Positions 42,295 through 59,867 of a DNA stretch of 64,000 bases are shown here, in pieces. The translations under genes were made by a program, and so were the position numbers. Below the pieces are notes generated by a model. It had not been told where the DNA came from. It searched no databases and worked only from the letters and a program-made list of their open reading frames with translations. Origin of the DNA: Eledone cirrhosa (taxonomy: Eukaryota); the NCBI GenBank assembly GCA_964016885.1, contig OZ024745.1:40114001-40178000 (forward strand), given 5' to 3'. Numbering within the stretch: the stretch's first letter is position 1; every line of letters starts with the position of its first letter.

Positions 42295-42297
<3 letters not shown>
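42010..42297. repeat. Copy of the interspersed repeat also found at 60510-60990 and 61970-63123
   Basis: Shared gtcc(c)tcatcagtg...atttcgtcgcattaaa...atatacctcagg...gggacacgtaaataaagggg...aataaagaccatcaaacctg. Confidence 0.75.
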
Positions 42298-43055
<758 letters not shown>

Positions 43056-43071
43056 GTATATATATACATAT

Positions 43072-44036
<965 letters not shown>

Positions 44037-44056
44037 GTATATATATACATGTATAT

Positions 44057-44126
<70 letters not shown>

Positions 44127-44339
44127 ATATATATATATTTACCGATCAAACAGCAGCTCTCTCTCTCTCTCTCTCTCTCTTTCTATATATATATATAATG
44201 TGTGTGTGTGTGTAGTCCAGTAACTTCTGATATAAGGGATTTCTTGGGCATTTAAAGCCAGGAGGAGCCCAGTTAGAGCAGATTCCTTCCAGTTAAAGAT
44301 GGAAAGAAAGGGAAGAAATGCGGAAGTGATATAGAAGAA

Positions 44340-44498
44340 TTAACGACCTCAGTTATATTCTGGTACCTTTTTATTGACCTCGAAAGGATGAAAGGCAAAG
44401 TTGAACATGTTGGGACATGAACTCTGAGAGCAGAGAGCCGAATCGAATATAACAGAGTATTCTATCCGCCATTCTAATGATCTTGCCAATTCGCCGCC

Positions 44499-44499
<1 letters not shown>
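44340..44499 (-). mobile_element. tRNA-derived SINE (same superfamily as 39049)
   Basis: Reverse complement reads ggcggcgaattggcaagatcattag...gagttcatgtccc...ctttgcctttcatcctttcgaggtcaataaaaaggtaccag. Confidence 0.8.
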
Positions 44500-44554
<55 letters not shown>

Positions 44555-45194
44555 TACATCTATATATATATATATATATATATATATTCTCCTAGATTTA
44601 ATAATTAACTAATTAATTTAATTAGACAATTCTGTTGATTGGTTAATTATTTGTGTTTGTTTTATAACATCTAGTTGAGATCTTATCATGATGATTAGCG
44701 GAAATTAAAATATTTCCTTTCGCTAACATTTTGAATGACCCGCCTAAAACCAGGCGTTATTTCCCTTGCCGGAATTGACACGTGATAGCTATAGATACGA
44801 TAAGCCACATGTAGCAGCAACATATAATTTATCACTCCGGTCATAGGCACAAGGAAAAACCTGTGGATAAACTGAATCCTCCGTTCGATCACCAATACCA
44901 TGAGTTTGCCATTCACGTAAGTCTGATATTTGATTTCGGATTCAAAAAACCACTTTAAACGATTGATCGTTTGATTTGTCGAGGTGTACTTTTCTCAACC
45001 TAATTAGTTCTATCGTTACTTTGGTATATATTGTGTGTTAGATTCGCCTACCAAAATGTTCGATTTGTCAAGCTATTTAAACGTATGTTATTACTCTAAG
45101 GCCCTATCTTATCGAGTGCTTTGCTAATTCATCATTTCATATAAGTAGGCCGAATTTACTTGCAAACCGCCAGAGATTCGATTTTACTGATTTG

Positions 45195-45225
<31 letters not shown>

Positions 45226-45556
45226 TCCTTTTGAATATCAATATTAATGTTATTGGGCACCCACTGAAGAATTATAAGAGCCCACTTGAATAAGTATCTG
45301 TTGATCTTATACAAGCTTCTACATAAATTGGTATAATTTCACCTAACTTGTAGGAATCTTATAATGAAACGAGACGTCCGTCTGGGAAGAGATACATTTG
45401 ATATATCTCATATGAAATAATACAGCCAATTTTCCACACAATACAATTAGTTAGCACACCGAACGTTTAATTAGGAATATACTCACTTATTTCCTAATGT
45501 TTGTTGAGTGAGTTGGGATTTGGCCGGAGTATCGCTATTAGCTTTCTCCGATAATG

Positions 45557-45615
<59 letters not shown>

Positions 45616-45618
<3 letters not shown>

Positions 45619-45740
45619 CAAGTTAATATAAATTAATATATATGATAAACACTAATACAATCATATAAGTGTTTGTAATACAAACACTTATATGATTGTA
45701 TTAGTGTTTATCATATATATTAATTTATATTAACTTGTAT
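45616..45740. repeat. Perfect palindrome, 62-bp arms with a 1-nt loop
   Basis: atacaagttaatataaatt...aagtgtttgta-a-tacaaacactt...aatttatattaacttgtat, centre 45678, abutting a (TA)n tract. Confidence 0.95.
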
Positions 45741-45818
45741 TTCACGGCTCAGAAATACTTCTTTCTTTGAGCTAATTAATTGTAAAAGACTGTTTGAGTT
45801 TTTAACTCTATATATATA

Positions 45819-47677
45819 GTGTTTCCTGCATTCGGTGGTGGATTGTACCGTGATGATGGGCTCCTTACCCTTAAAGGGTACAACCTCAGTAGTACAGATC
45901 GGGTCCGGAAAGAATTAATCAGCTTCTTCCGCGACTGGGGATTTAAAATAACCCTACAAACGTCCCCGACCCGAGTAAACTTCCTGGACGTTACCCTCTA
46001 CCTCGAAAACGACCTGCACTACACATACAGGAAACCTAACGACAACCTGCACTACATCCACCGCCGATCAAACCATCCTAGGAACATCACCAACAACCTG
46101 GTCAAAAACATCTCCCTCCGCATATCCCGTTTGTCAGCTAATGAGTAGATATTCGATGAACATGCGCCTTATTACAACCAGGCCCTCAAGCGGAGTGGTT
46201 TCCGGGAGGAAATATCCTACTGTCCAGCTCCAATTAGCGGAACCAGCAGGCGACAGCGCCGCTCACGCAATGTAACATGGTTCAATCCTCCCCACAACGC
46301 AGAGGTGACAACTCCCATCAGGAAAATATTCTTTAGGCTCATTGAAAAACACTTCCCACTACAACACCGCTACCACAACATAATTAACAAAAATACCATC
46401 AAACTCTCTTACAGCACTACACCAAACTTCGCACAAAACACCATCTCCTCCAACAACAAAAAACTCAACCCCGATGGAAGAAATAACCTAAATAGCAGTA
46501 GAGAGCCGACCAGGAGGTGCAACTGTCCTGATAGATCCATTTTCCCCCTCGACAACAGATGCAGAGACCGTAATGTGATCTACCAGTGCAACGTGAGGAC
46601 GGACACCTCCAACAAAGCTTATATAGGATTAACCGCATGTGACTTCAAGACCCGGCTATACCAACACAAACATACCTTCCGAAACCCGGCCCGGCGTCAC
46701 GCCACTACACTTTCGGGCCACATATGGGACCTCAAGGACAACAACATCACCTATGATCTGACTTGGAGCTTACTATCCAGAGCCAACTCTTACACGGGAG
46801 GACGCCGTCCGTGCAATTTATGCTCGGGGGAAACCTTACAAATGCTGTTTTCGACGGACCAACTCCTAAACCAGAAAGATGAACTGGTTACTGCATATAA
46901 ACACAGATTGCGTAGGACTTACCTCGCCCTCATACCCCATAATGACCCGGCGGGGGGGGGGGTAGACTAGGGCTATAACACCCCACTTGCCGATTTTGTA
47001 ATGGGTAACCCCTGCTTGCCAAGGGAGACGTAAGATCTTCTTTTATATTCTGTTATCGCTTCCTCTATATTTCCTTCTACCCCAGTTCTTTTTCTTTGTC
47101 GGCGTCTTTTTCTCGCCCACCCGAGGTAGCCCCTCGGCTAATTGTAGCCTCAGTACCCCCACCCCTCCCCTAGTTTATAGAATTGGCGGACTCCGCTTTT
47201 TATAGCAGTTGTGTTAGACCTCGGACATTTGCCCCCTTATCCGACCGCTCACCCTTTTTTACGTGCCTTCTATATTTCTTAGTGGCATCTCTGCTTTAAT
47301 TTCTCGTTCATTCAGTATTTCTTTCTTCTCTTTTCTTTTGGGCGGGGTGGATTCTGAATTAATTTTCCGTATTCCACTTTTACTTCATGTAGCTTGTATA
47401 AGAACTTTTGTAGCGTGGCGGTATCCTTAGAGTTAGCATTATTATATTTTTTTCGGGACTCTGAATTATTATTTCGTACTAGTTTACTTTTCTGCACTGG
47501 GTGTTTGCTGGCCTTGTGCCTGGGGTAGAAACCTTTATTAATTATTTCGTGGTAGTTTCTTTAGTACTTTGGCCCCCCTTTATTGACCCGTCACCGTATG
47601 ATATACGTACTTATACCTCTTAAAGGGGTCCTTTCCTATTCCGTCCCACCTAGTTTATTTATTTATTATTTTTTATT

Positions 47678-47769
<92 letters not shown>

Positions 47770-48240
47770 TATTTATTTATTTATTTATTTAGCCTAGCAA
47801 TAGCGAGAGACTTAGGTCGTAGAAATTGCTTATTTTTTTCTTTACATTTATTCGCTTTTTATCACTCTCAGTATTTTTTTTATATATTTTTACCCTTCAT
47901 TGTTCTACTTACCGTTTCGACTTCCTCCCCCTCTCCCTCCCTAGTATCTTCTTTGACCTCACGCCCAGCTGTAGCCGGCACTACCAACGCATGAGTGGGT
48001 CTACTCCACCTCTCGCCTTGTTCTCCTACTGGCAGTTTTAGCTACCCCTTCCCCCACTAATTTGCCATCACAGAATTACTACTAACTTGTGTCCAATCCT
48101 TGTGACAATCACTTTGACCATATATGGAATTACCCCTTGAGAAGCTCGGCTATTTAAATACGAGGTTAAATTTTCATTTAGTCCAGAATTAGCCGTCGAG
48201 ACAGCTTGAGCTCAGCCGTCGGGGTCTTACTGGGTCCTAG
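45819..48240 (+). mobile_element. 5'-truncated PLE (family D, YRDD-type RT) with GIY-YIG, long 3' UTR and HHR
   Basis: GLYRDDGL, VNFLDVTL, YRKPND...YIHRRSNHP, WFNPP, CNC...PLD..C, VIYQC...AYIGLT..FKTR..H, CNLC..E. Coding region ~45819-46970 with a stop at 46146. (TA)n on both sides. Confidence 0.92.
48132..48225 (+). ncRNA. Type I hammerhead motif (U3-A8 variant; GAGA for GAAA in this copy)
   Basis: ACCCC-TTGAGAA-g..CGGCT...AGCCG..c-GAGA-CAGC ttgagctca GCCG-TC-GGGGT. Confidence 0.6.
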
Positions 48241-48241
48241 C

Positions 48242-48689
<448 letters not shown>

Positions 48690-49319
48690 GTTATTCCGGG
48701 TTGAATCGGAGGTAACCACAGTAAGTAATGTACTCAATACATAGCAGAGTATAACAGTTTTAATATAGATGAGATTATACAGGACTAGAACTGTTTCATT
48801 CATTAGAAATCATCAGGAATCTGGGTATCAAAAAGTAAATATGGTATTTATAGGTTTCTACAAGTGGTAGGAGAGGGTGGGGAGTGGGATGGGTGCAGGT
48901 CATTGGTTGATAGAAAAGGGAATTCATTAAAAGCTAATTCTACAAAGGTATAGTTTATTTTTATTTTTATTTATATTTATTTATGTTTTTAGAGTAAGAA
49001 AGGCAGACAGAATTCTATAAACAGGTTCCGGATGGCATACCATTCCTTGTCAATAAGTTTCTCTTAAGCTAACAGATGTCTATAAAATCAGTGGGGGGTC
49101 AGTCATGGTCGATAGAATTAAAGAAAAGGGAGATTCTTTAAAAGCTAAAGTCATTAAGGTTCTACTAAGTGACAAAGGTCTAGAGAATTCTGCAGACAGA
49201 TTCAAAATACTGAGTGCATATCTTACTATTATCTTCGAACTTCTCTTAAACTAATCAACTATATGCCAAAAATCAACAGACACATTCACAAAAAAACAAA
49301 AAAACAAAAAAACAAAAAA

Positions 49320-49487
49320 AACACATACTCACTCACACACTTACGCGCAACCACAAACACACACACAAACACATATACACACATAAAAACACACACACAT
49401 ATATAAAAATATATAAATATATATAAATATATATTCATGTACACACACATACATACACACATACATACATACATACATATATAATAC

Positions 49488-49556
<69 letters not shown>

Positions 49557-49569
49557 CACACACACACAC

Positions 49570-49610
<41 letters not shown>

Positions 49611-49759
49611 GATACACACACATATACACATACATACACACACACACACATATATACACAAATAAATACACTCACACGCATACATACAAACACGAGTATA
49701 CATATGTATAAATATCTATACAGACACACATATACACACATATATATATATATAAATAT

Positions 49760-49797
<38 letters not shown>

Positions 49798-49904
49798 CTA
49801 TATATATCCCTACATATACAAACATACACATACATACACAGACCTATACATAAATATACACATATATATACAGACATATAACGCATATATACACACACAC
49901 ATAC

Positions 49905-49970
<66 letters not shown>

Positions 49971-50077
49971 ATATACACACACGCGCATACACACATACAC
50001 ACACCCACACACAAAATATATATACACACTCTCTCTCTCACGCACATATATATATATACACATATACATATATATAC

Positions 50078-50166
<89 letters not shown>

Positions 50167-50171
50167 CACAC

Positions 50172-50202
<31 letters not shown>

Positions 50203-50285
50203 TACACACATATATACATACATACACACATACACAGACACATACATATACACATATATATACACACATATATATACACACATAC

Positions 50286-50352
<67 letters not shown>

Positions 50353-50523
50353 TACACATACACATACATATACATATATATACATATACACACATATATA
50401 TATATATATATATACACACACATACACACATATACATACATATACACACACACACATACACACATATACATATATACACACATATATACATATATACACA
50501 CATATACATATATACATACACAT

Positions 50524-50576
<53 letters not shown>

Positions 50577-50620
50577 TACACATATACACATATACAAACA
50601 AATATATACACATACAAGTA
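49320..50620. repeat. About 1.3-kb degenerate (TA)/(CA) microsatellite field
   Basis: Seen directly; lies downstream of the minus-strand PLE at 50700-51670. Confidence 0.9.
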
Positions 50621-50699
50621 AATAGGTACTCAATAAATATACGCATATACGCAGGCACATAAAGACACCTCTACAGGCAGAAAATGTAGATACGAAAGA

Positions 50700-51670
50700 G
50701 GTAGTCACATAACCATAGTGGCCGTATTTCAGGTTGAGGAGGGGTGGGGGTAGGGTGGGGAGGAGGTATAGGGGCCAATAGGGGGAGGTCGTTTTTAGCC
50801 TCGGGTTTTAACACTGGCTTAAAGTGTTTGAATGTTGCAAAGTTCTTGTGCATGCAGTTCGGGCAGTGTTCAGAGAGTTTGTTCAGTAGCGGGCCCTTGG
50901 CGAATAAAATTTCGTAGCTCTCTGAAATACAAAGGTCGCAGCCCTTGTGTCCTCCGTTGTAAGAGCGCGCTTTCTGGAGTATTTTCCAATTAAGCGTGAA
51001 TGGGTGGAGTTCCTTTTGAGGTCCCAAACGTAGGAGGCGAGTGTTGTCTGATTTGATTTATCCGGTCTTCTGAAGGAGTGGGTATGGGCATACCAACGGG
51101 TCTTAAAGTTATTGGAGGTCATGCCGATGTAAGTTTTTTTGCAATCCTCGGTGCCTGAGATGACATCGCATTTGTATACGATGTCATTTGTGAGGCATTT
51201 GTTTTCTAGTGGGCATGCTTCCTTATTTAGGCAATTACATAGAGCCCCAGTCCGGGGATTGGTTTCGGAGGTGGTTGGCTTATTTAGTTTAGAGTTGTGG
51301 TTGGCTATATTCCTAGCTAGGTTAGGTGTGGTGGAGTAAGACAGTCTTATAGTGTTCTTATTAAAGATGGTGTAGTACCTATGTTGTATGGGGAAGTGTA
51401 ATTTCAGTAAAGTGAAGAAAATCCTAGCTATCGGAGTAGATACCTCTCTATTGAAGGGAGGGTTGTACCAGCTAATCTGCCTATGTCTATTCCTCCTCTG
51501 CAATTTTGCGGTGGTTTCTAGGTAAGTTATCTTATCTTTAAATCCGCTACGGGCTAGGGCGTCATTGTAGTAGGAGGCAGATGCATTAAAAATATCTTTG
51601 TTGGCGGAGAGGCCAGATATTCTAATAGAGACGCTTTTTACTAGGTTATCAGTGATGTTTTGGGGGTGGT
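50700..51670 (-). pseudogene. PLE fragment (family D-related): RT thumb, linker and GIY-YIG
   Basis: HPQNITDNLVKSVSIRISGLSAN, WYNPPFN, CNCLNKEACPLENKC, IVYKC...TYIGMT..FKTRWYAH, CDLCISE (frameshifted). Confidence 0.9.
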
Positions 51671-51702
51671 ATATGTATATATATATATACATATATATAT
51701 AT

Positions 51703-51827
51703 AAAAGTTGTTCTGTAAGATAAATTTTAATCCCTCGGTGATGAGGCTTTTTTCTATTCTGCCAGGTATCTCATTGGGATATTTCTCTAGCCAGAATCCT
51801 ATTGCTTCTAGTCCGTATTGCTGTGGG

Positions 51828-51879
<52 letters not shown>

Positions 51880-51995
51880 CCCACACTGATACGGACTAAA
51901 AGCAATGGGTAGAGAAATATCCCAATGAGATACCTGGCAGAATAGAAAAAATCTTCATCACGGAGGGATTAAAATTTATCTTACAGAACAACTTT
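51703..51995. repeat. Inverted duplication of the 5' end of the adjacent PLE around a (TA)n spacer
   Basis: aaaagttgttctgtaagataaattttaatccctc...gtgggatc-(AT)n-gatcccac...gagggattaaaatttatcttacagaacaactttt. Confidence 0.88.
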
Positions 51996-53620
51996 TTTGA
52001 TTTTGATGGCAGTAATTACAAGAAAATATCGGGCACTGCAATGGGTACAAAAGCCGCTGCAACTTATGCCAACTTAGTCATGGCATACTTAGAAGTCCAG
52101 ATATATGAACAGTCCAAATCAAAATACGGATTGAACACATATTTATCAGAGAATTGGACACGATACTTGGATGATTGTCTCATTCTTTGGTCCCACACAC
52201 TCGATCAATTGAATGATTTCAAAAACTTAATAAACGGCATCAGTAACCACATCCAATTCACAATGGAATACAGCCAAGATCAACTCCCATTTCTGGACAT
52301 ATTAATCTTAAAAAAAGACACACATATTGAAACTGAAATACACTACAAACCAACAGATTCCAAACAATACTTGGTATTCACCTCCAACCATCAACAGCAC
52401 ACGGAGACGATCATTCCTTTTAACCTAGTGAGAAGAATTTGCACAATTGTCTCCAATTATGAAACGCGAAATAAAAGACTTCAAAAATTAAAGGAAATTC
52501 TACTCGAAAGACAGTACCCACCATTACTAATATATAATGGAATAGAAAGGGCTAAAGCAATAGGCATTGATGAATTACGAAAACAGAAACAAATTCAAGG
52601 TACGTCCAATATTCTATCAAGAAATTCGGAAGCTTACAACACATTTCACAAGAACATCCCACTACTGAAACACGACCCAAGAATGAAAAAAAGCCCTTGA
52701 AACACACAAAATAATCAAAAGCAAAAGACAACCGAAATCACTGAAAACATTACTCACAGATGCCAAATGACCTACCACAAACCCACAACCAACTGTCAAA
52801 AAGTGTGGTCGCTCTAATTGTGGAACCTGCACTCACCTCATTGAAGGCAACACGTATACATGTAAATCAGGACAAAATTTTGGTGTAAAATATCACTTCA
52901 CTTGCTCATCAAAAGATCTACTTTATGCCATTAAATGTAAAGGATGCAATGAAGATTATATAGGGCAAACTAAACTCACGGTCAGGACAGAATGACAGTT
53001 CATCGCCAACAATTACGAGATCCAACCACGAGACAGTTACCAATAAGCGCACATCTAGACATATGCGCAAGTAATAAGACACCCAAATACCAAGTCTTCC
53101 CATTTTACCTTTGCGCTGACAATACAACAGAACAAATACGAATAAATATAGAAAATATGTTTATTCAAAAATATAGAGCAGCATTAAATATGGTTTAATA
53201 TGCATTATGTCAACACCATAACATGCTTACAATCCAAACAGACACATACACACACACAAAACATATTTATTCTCTCCATCTTACCCCCCCCCCCCCCCCC
53301 CCACACACACATAACACCCATATTCACACACACTACTCACTTCCCCATTTCTACTGATAGAATCATCTTCCTGAACCAGAACAATTCTCCCATCCCATTT
53401 CTCTTGTCCATTATCTTTTGTTTGTCATAAAATTCTCTAAAAGGCTACAAAATAATTTCCCAAATGCGGGCGTGATTTTTAATGAATTTGTTCACGTGAA
53501 AGCCATAATTTAATTTATAACCAATCAAATTACATTTATAAAAAAAAGCCTTCGTGAGCCCCTTTTTCTAAGTAAAAAGAAATTCAATCACTCATATATG
53601 AAAACACAACCAGAGCCCCC
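51877..53620 (+). mobile_element. 5'-truncated PLE (family C-related) RT-GIY-YIG pseudogene plus 3' UTR
   Basis: YKKISGTAMGTK, WTRYLDDCL, LPFLDI, YKPTDSKQYL, CGRSNCGTC, LLYAIKCKGCNEDYIGQT, RMTVHRQQ, FIQKYRAALN. Confidence 0.92.
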
Positions 53621-54036
53621 TCATGGTATTCTCATTAGAAACCCATTATATACTTGTTTAGCAGTAAATTAATTTACCATCTGTCATACTATCCCCTGTG
53701 TTTCTTCCCCTACTACTAATATAAATACTTCAATTTTTCTGATTTTATCCAATTTATCCAAAATCTCTGAAGAAGTGACAACTGATTATACATTTGCTAT
53801 CGAATACTTGCTAACATTATATGATTACGCAAGCAGCGATACATAGGTATTCAGTCTGTTACAGAAACATATGTCAATACCTAATAAATTCCTTTTTTAA
53901 AAAAAGCACTTTCATTTTATATTCATCCTTTCTACATTTTCTCCGGAATATAATTTATACTCGTTGAGCAAACCTGCACGTACGCTGTTCATCTCTAACG
54001 TAACGATATATTATCACTACATTATTGATAACCTGA

Positions 54037-54207
<171 letters not shown>

Positions 54208-54228
54208 CATATATACATATAAATATAA

Positions 54229-54946
<718 letters not shown>

Positions 54947-54957
54947 ATATATACATG

Positions 54958-55142
<185 letters not shown>

Positions 55143-55316
55143 CGAGAGAGAGATAAATATATATTTCTATATGTTTGTGTAAATAATATATAGGTACGTA
55201 GATGTATGTATTTCTCTTCGTTTTTATATATAAAACTATATATGATAGCATATATGATATTTTCATGTATAATCTACCATGTTCATCATATTATTAGAGA
55301 ATTATCATATCCCATA

Positions 55317-55352
<36 letters not shown>

Positions 55353-55362
55353 GTATATATAT

Positions 55363-55475
<113 letters not shown>

Positions 55476-55499
55476 CAAGCACATATCTATCTATCTATC

Positions 55500-55720
<221 letters not shown>

Positions 55721-56460
55721 TATTTACCACTCTACTACCCTAAGTATTGAGTACTCTGGTGCGTTATCGTCCATCTGGTTCATTACCACAATTCCTTTGT
55801 TTTATATATATATATATATATGTATATACAAGCATATATAATACTCCGATTACGTGTAGAAGAACATGTTTGTGATAAAAATAGTATAGCAATCCTGTTT
55901 TTATTAGGAGTAGTTAAACTATCATAATGATTGCTGTAGGAAAATATTATTTTTCTACATCAATATACTTCCTGAAATATATGAATTACCCCGAAATTCT
56001 TTGTTTATTCATATATTCAATTAAATGTTTTCACGTTATAAATTCCAAAATGTTATACGGCTGCTTTTATTCACAATTTTACCTAAAATTGGTGAATATA
56101 AATAAATAGATTAAATAATATATTAAAGATGGATTGAAGTAATATTCTTTTGAAGGGGTATTATAAAAATATCAGTAAAACATCCATAAATATATATATT
56201 TAGGTCATGTTTCAATGATATTGTATTACATTATATAAAAAATGTAAATAACGTTATCATATCACAAAAAGGTAAGCTTGGCAGCAGTGATGGTTATGGA
56301 AATGACAATTATGATGATGATGATAATAATTATGATGTCAATTATAATGATCAATATCGAGATGGTAAGGAAGTTGATGGTTTCTTGTACAATTGAACAC
56401 TAATGGTTTAATACTGCAATTAGGAATAGAATGAAATTGCATAAAATGAAAGAACCAAGA

Positions 56461-56518
56461 GCTACTGTTGCTGCTGCTGCTGCTGCTGCTGCTACTACTT
56501 CTACCACTACTACTACTG

Positions 56519-56551
<33 letters not shown>

Positions 56552-56682
56552 ATATTATTACTACTGCTACTACTGCTACGACGACTACTTCTTCTTCTAC
56601 TACTACTACTACTACAAAGAAGAAGAAGAAGAAGAAGAAGAAGAAGAAGAAGAAGAAGAAGAAGAAGAAGAAGAAGAAGAAG

Positions 56683-56719
<37 letters not shown>

Positions 56720-56760
56720 GCAGCAGCAACAACAACAACAACAACAATAAGAAGAAGAAG
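56461..56760. repeat. Compound trinucleotide microsatellite (GCT)n(ACT)n(AAG)n(AAC)n
   Basis: Seen directly. Confidence 0.95.
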
Positions 56761-57344
56761 ATATTTTCCAGAAAAGAAACGGGGGATAAAATTAGTTAAA
56801 ACAGTTGAAGATAAAACTGTTCTTAAAATAGAAAGTACATCAATTGTAGCCAATTCTAATATTAATCAAGTATTTCTTCAAACCAATAACAGCAAGCACC
56901 ACCGCAGCAAAGTCAATAGCGGCTAGAACCAAAATATATGTATTAATCAATCCATATAGTTTTATGCTTAAGGTTTTACAAACACGAAGAATTTAATTAG
57001 AAATAAAACATATTCTCTGTTTCACAATTGGATGCGAAAAACATCTGTGCCCACAAGATATACATGTTGTTTGAAGAGTGCATTGTTGTAACTTCGTCAA
57101 ATGTCGAATTAAATGGGTATTCGATAAATCGACTAAGCTAGCAGCTTAAATGATTTATTATTTCGTTAGTGACATTCACATTTCTACATATAAGTACATC
57201 ATAGAGACATAGATATATCCATAACAGATACGGTACAGGAGATCTTCAGGTCATAGAGAAGGAGAAAAATATTGAATGGTAATCTAAAGCAAGACAAAGT
57301 AATGTGAAGGCGTGGCACACTTTCAAAATTAATACATATATATA

Positions 57345-57375
<31 letters not shown>

Positions 57376-57376
<1 letters not shown>

Positions 57377-59861
57377 ACGATGGAAATGTGATAAGGAACC
57401 AGGTGGACCATAACGCACCAAAGTACTCAATACTTAGGGTAGTAGAGTGGATAATAGGAACGAGTAGGACCCCGACAGCTGAGCTCAAGCCGTTTCGACG
57501 TCTAATTCTGGACTAAATGAACATTTTTATCCTGGTATATGAATAGCCGAGCTTCTCAGGGGGTAATTCCATATATGGTAAAAGTTATTGTCAGAAGGGT
57601 TGGTCAAAAGTTTGTTGTTGAGACACATAATTCTATAATGGCAATTTCTGGAGGGAAGGGTTAGCTGAACTTGCCAGTAGAAGAAAGAAGGAAAGGGAGT
57701 GGAGGAAACCCAATCGTGCGTTGATAGTGCCAACTACCACAGAATCCTAAGGATAAGAGGTCAATAGAAGTATACTAGGGAAGGGGAGGGGGAGGAAGTC
57801 GAAACAATTAGTAAAACAGTATGGGAAAATACCGAGAATGTTAAAAAAAAACAATTAAATGTGAAAAAAAAAACAATTTCTGGTTACTGTAACCTAAGGA
57901 CAGCTATCAAGTCTCTCACTGGTACTGCTATACTAAAGAAAGGTTTACTAGGTGGGACGGAATTATAATGAGGCCCTTTTAAGAGGTATAAGTCATTAAC
58001 CGAGTATATCTTACGGTGACGGGTCAACAAGTGGGGGGGCCAAAATACTAAAGAAACTACCACGAAATAATAATTCAGAGTCCCGAGACCAATACGAAAT
58101 AAAGGTTTCCTACCCCAGGAACAAGGCCAGAAACCACCCAGTGCAACAAAAATAAACTAATACGAAATAATAATTCAGAATCCAGAAAAAAATACTAATA
58201 CTATCTGTAAGGGTGCCGCCACGTTACAAAAAATCTAGTGCAAACTACATAAATGCTCGTACGAAGTATATGAAAAATTTGATACGGAAAATTAAATCAG
58301 AATCACCCCCCCCCCCCCCAAAAAAAAAATACTGATATACGAGAAATTAAAGCAAAGATACCACTAAGAAATATAGAAAGCACGGAAAGGGGGGTGCCAT
58401 CAGATAAGAAGGCAAGTATCCGGGGTCTAACACATCTGCTATAAAAAGCGGAGTCGGCCAATTCTATCATAGAATAGGGGAAGGCGGTAGGGGTACTGAG
58501 GCTACAAAGGACCGAGGGGCTGCCTCGGGTGGGCGAGAAAGTGAAAAGGACGATGACAAGGAAAGAGGACTGGGGTGGAAGGACTAGGGAGGGATGGGGG
58601 GGAGAAGGAAATATAGAGGAAGCGATAAAAAGATATAAAAGAAGATCTTACCTCTACCCTTGCAAGCAGGGGTTACCCATTACACAGTCGGCAAGTGACG
58701 TGTTATATGCCTAGTCTACGCCCCCAGGTCATTATGGAGTTTGAGGGCGAGGTAAGTCCTACGCAATCTGTGTTTACATGCAGTTACCAGTTCATCTTTC
58801 TTGTTTAGGAGTTGGTCCGTCGAAAACAGCATTTGTAAAGTTTCCTCCGAGCATAAATTGCACGGACGGCGTCCTCCCGTGTAAGAGTTGGCTCTGGACA
58901 GTAAGCTCCAAGTCAGATCATAGGTAATATTTTTATCCTTGAGGTCCCATATGTGGCCCGAAAGTGTAGTGGTGTGAAGCCGGGCCGGGTTTCAGAAGGT
59001 ATGTCTGTGTTGGTATAGCCGGTTCTTGAAGTCACATGCGGTTAATCCTATATAAGCTTTATTGGAGGTGTCCGCCCTGACGTTGCACTGGTAGATCACA
59101 TTACGATCTCTGCATCTGTTGTTGAGGGGGAAAATGGATCCATCGGCACAGTTGCACCTCCTGGTCAGCTCTCCATGTTATTTAGGTTATTTCTTCCATA
59201 GGGGTTGAGTTTTTTGTTGTTAGAGGAGACGATGTTTTGTGCAAAGTTTGGTGTGGTGCTGTAGGAGAGTTTGATGGTATTTTTGTTAATTATGTTATGT
59301 TGTAGTTGGAAGTGTTTTTCAATGAGCCTAAAGAAGATTTTCCCGGTAGGAGTTGTCACGTCGCATACTGGTTCCGCTAATGGAAGCTGGACAGTAGGAT
59401 ATTTCCTCCCGGAAACCACTCCGCTTGAGGGCCTGGTTGTAATAAGGCGCATGTTCCTCGAATATCTGCTCATTAGCTGACAAACGAGATATGCGGAGGG
59501 AGATGTTTTTAACTAGGTTATTGGTAATGTTCCTAGGATGGTTTGACCGGCAGTGGATGTAGTGCAGGTTGTCGTTGGGTTTCCTGTATGGGTAGTACAG
59601 ATCATTATCGAGGTCAAGAGTAACTTCCAGGAAGTTTACTTGGGTCAGGGACGTTTGTAGCGTTATTTTAAATCCCCAGTCGCGGAAGAAGCTGATTACC
59701 TGTTTACGGACCCGATCTGTACTACTGGGGTTGTACCCTTTAAGGGTAAGGAGCCCATCATCACGGTACAATCCGCCGCCGAATGCAGGAAACATATCGG
59801 TGAGTTTGGCTATTAGGAATAATCCTATAAGATCTGTGACCTCAGCCGAATCCGTCGCGCC
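57376..59861 (-). mobile_element. Second 5'-truncated family D PLE, inverted relative to 45819-48240
   Basis: GATDSAEVTDLIGLFL...GGGLYRDDGL...SNHPRNIT, GIY-YIG region at 58740-59160, 3' UTR colinear with 46970-48240. Confidence 0.92.
57469..57564 (-). ncRNA. Type I hammerhead motif in the family D 3' end
   Basis: ACCCC-CTGAGAA-g...c-GAAA-CGGC ttgagctca GCTG-TC-GGGGT, with a palindromic TGAGCTCA loop. Confidence 0.65.
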
Positions 59862-59867
59862 TATATA

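Noticed and set aside
48770-48825. Minus-strand CTGATGA...GAAAC near the 3' end of the 50700 PLE
   Set aside because: No stem I pairing can be formed.
53762-53840. Hammerhead candidate CTGAAGA...GAATA CTTGC..GCAAG
   Set aside because: GAAA, the UH site and stems I/II are all defective; possibly a relic but not supportable.
56338-56926. Poly-L/R/T/K/N/S ORFs
   Set aside because: Products of a compound trinucleotide microsatellite.
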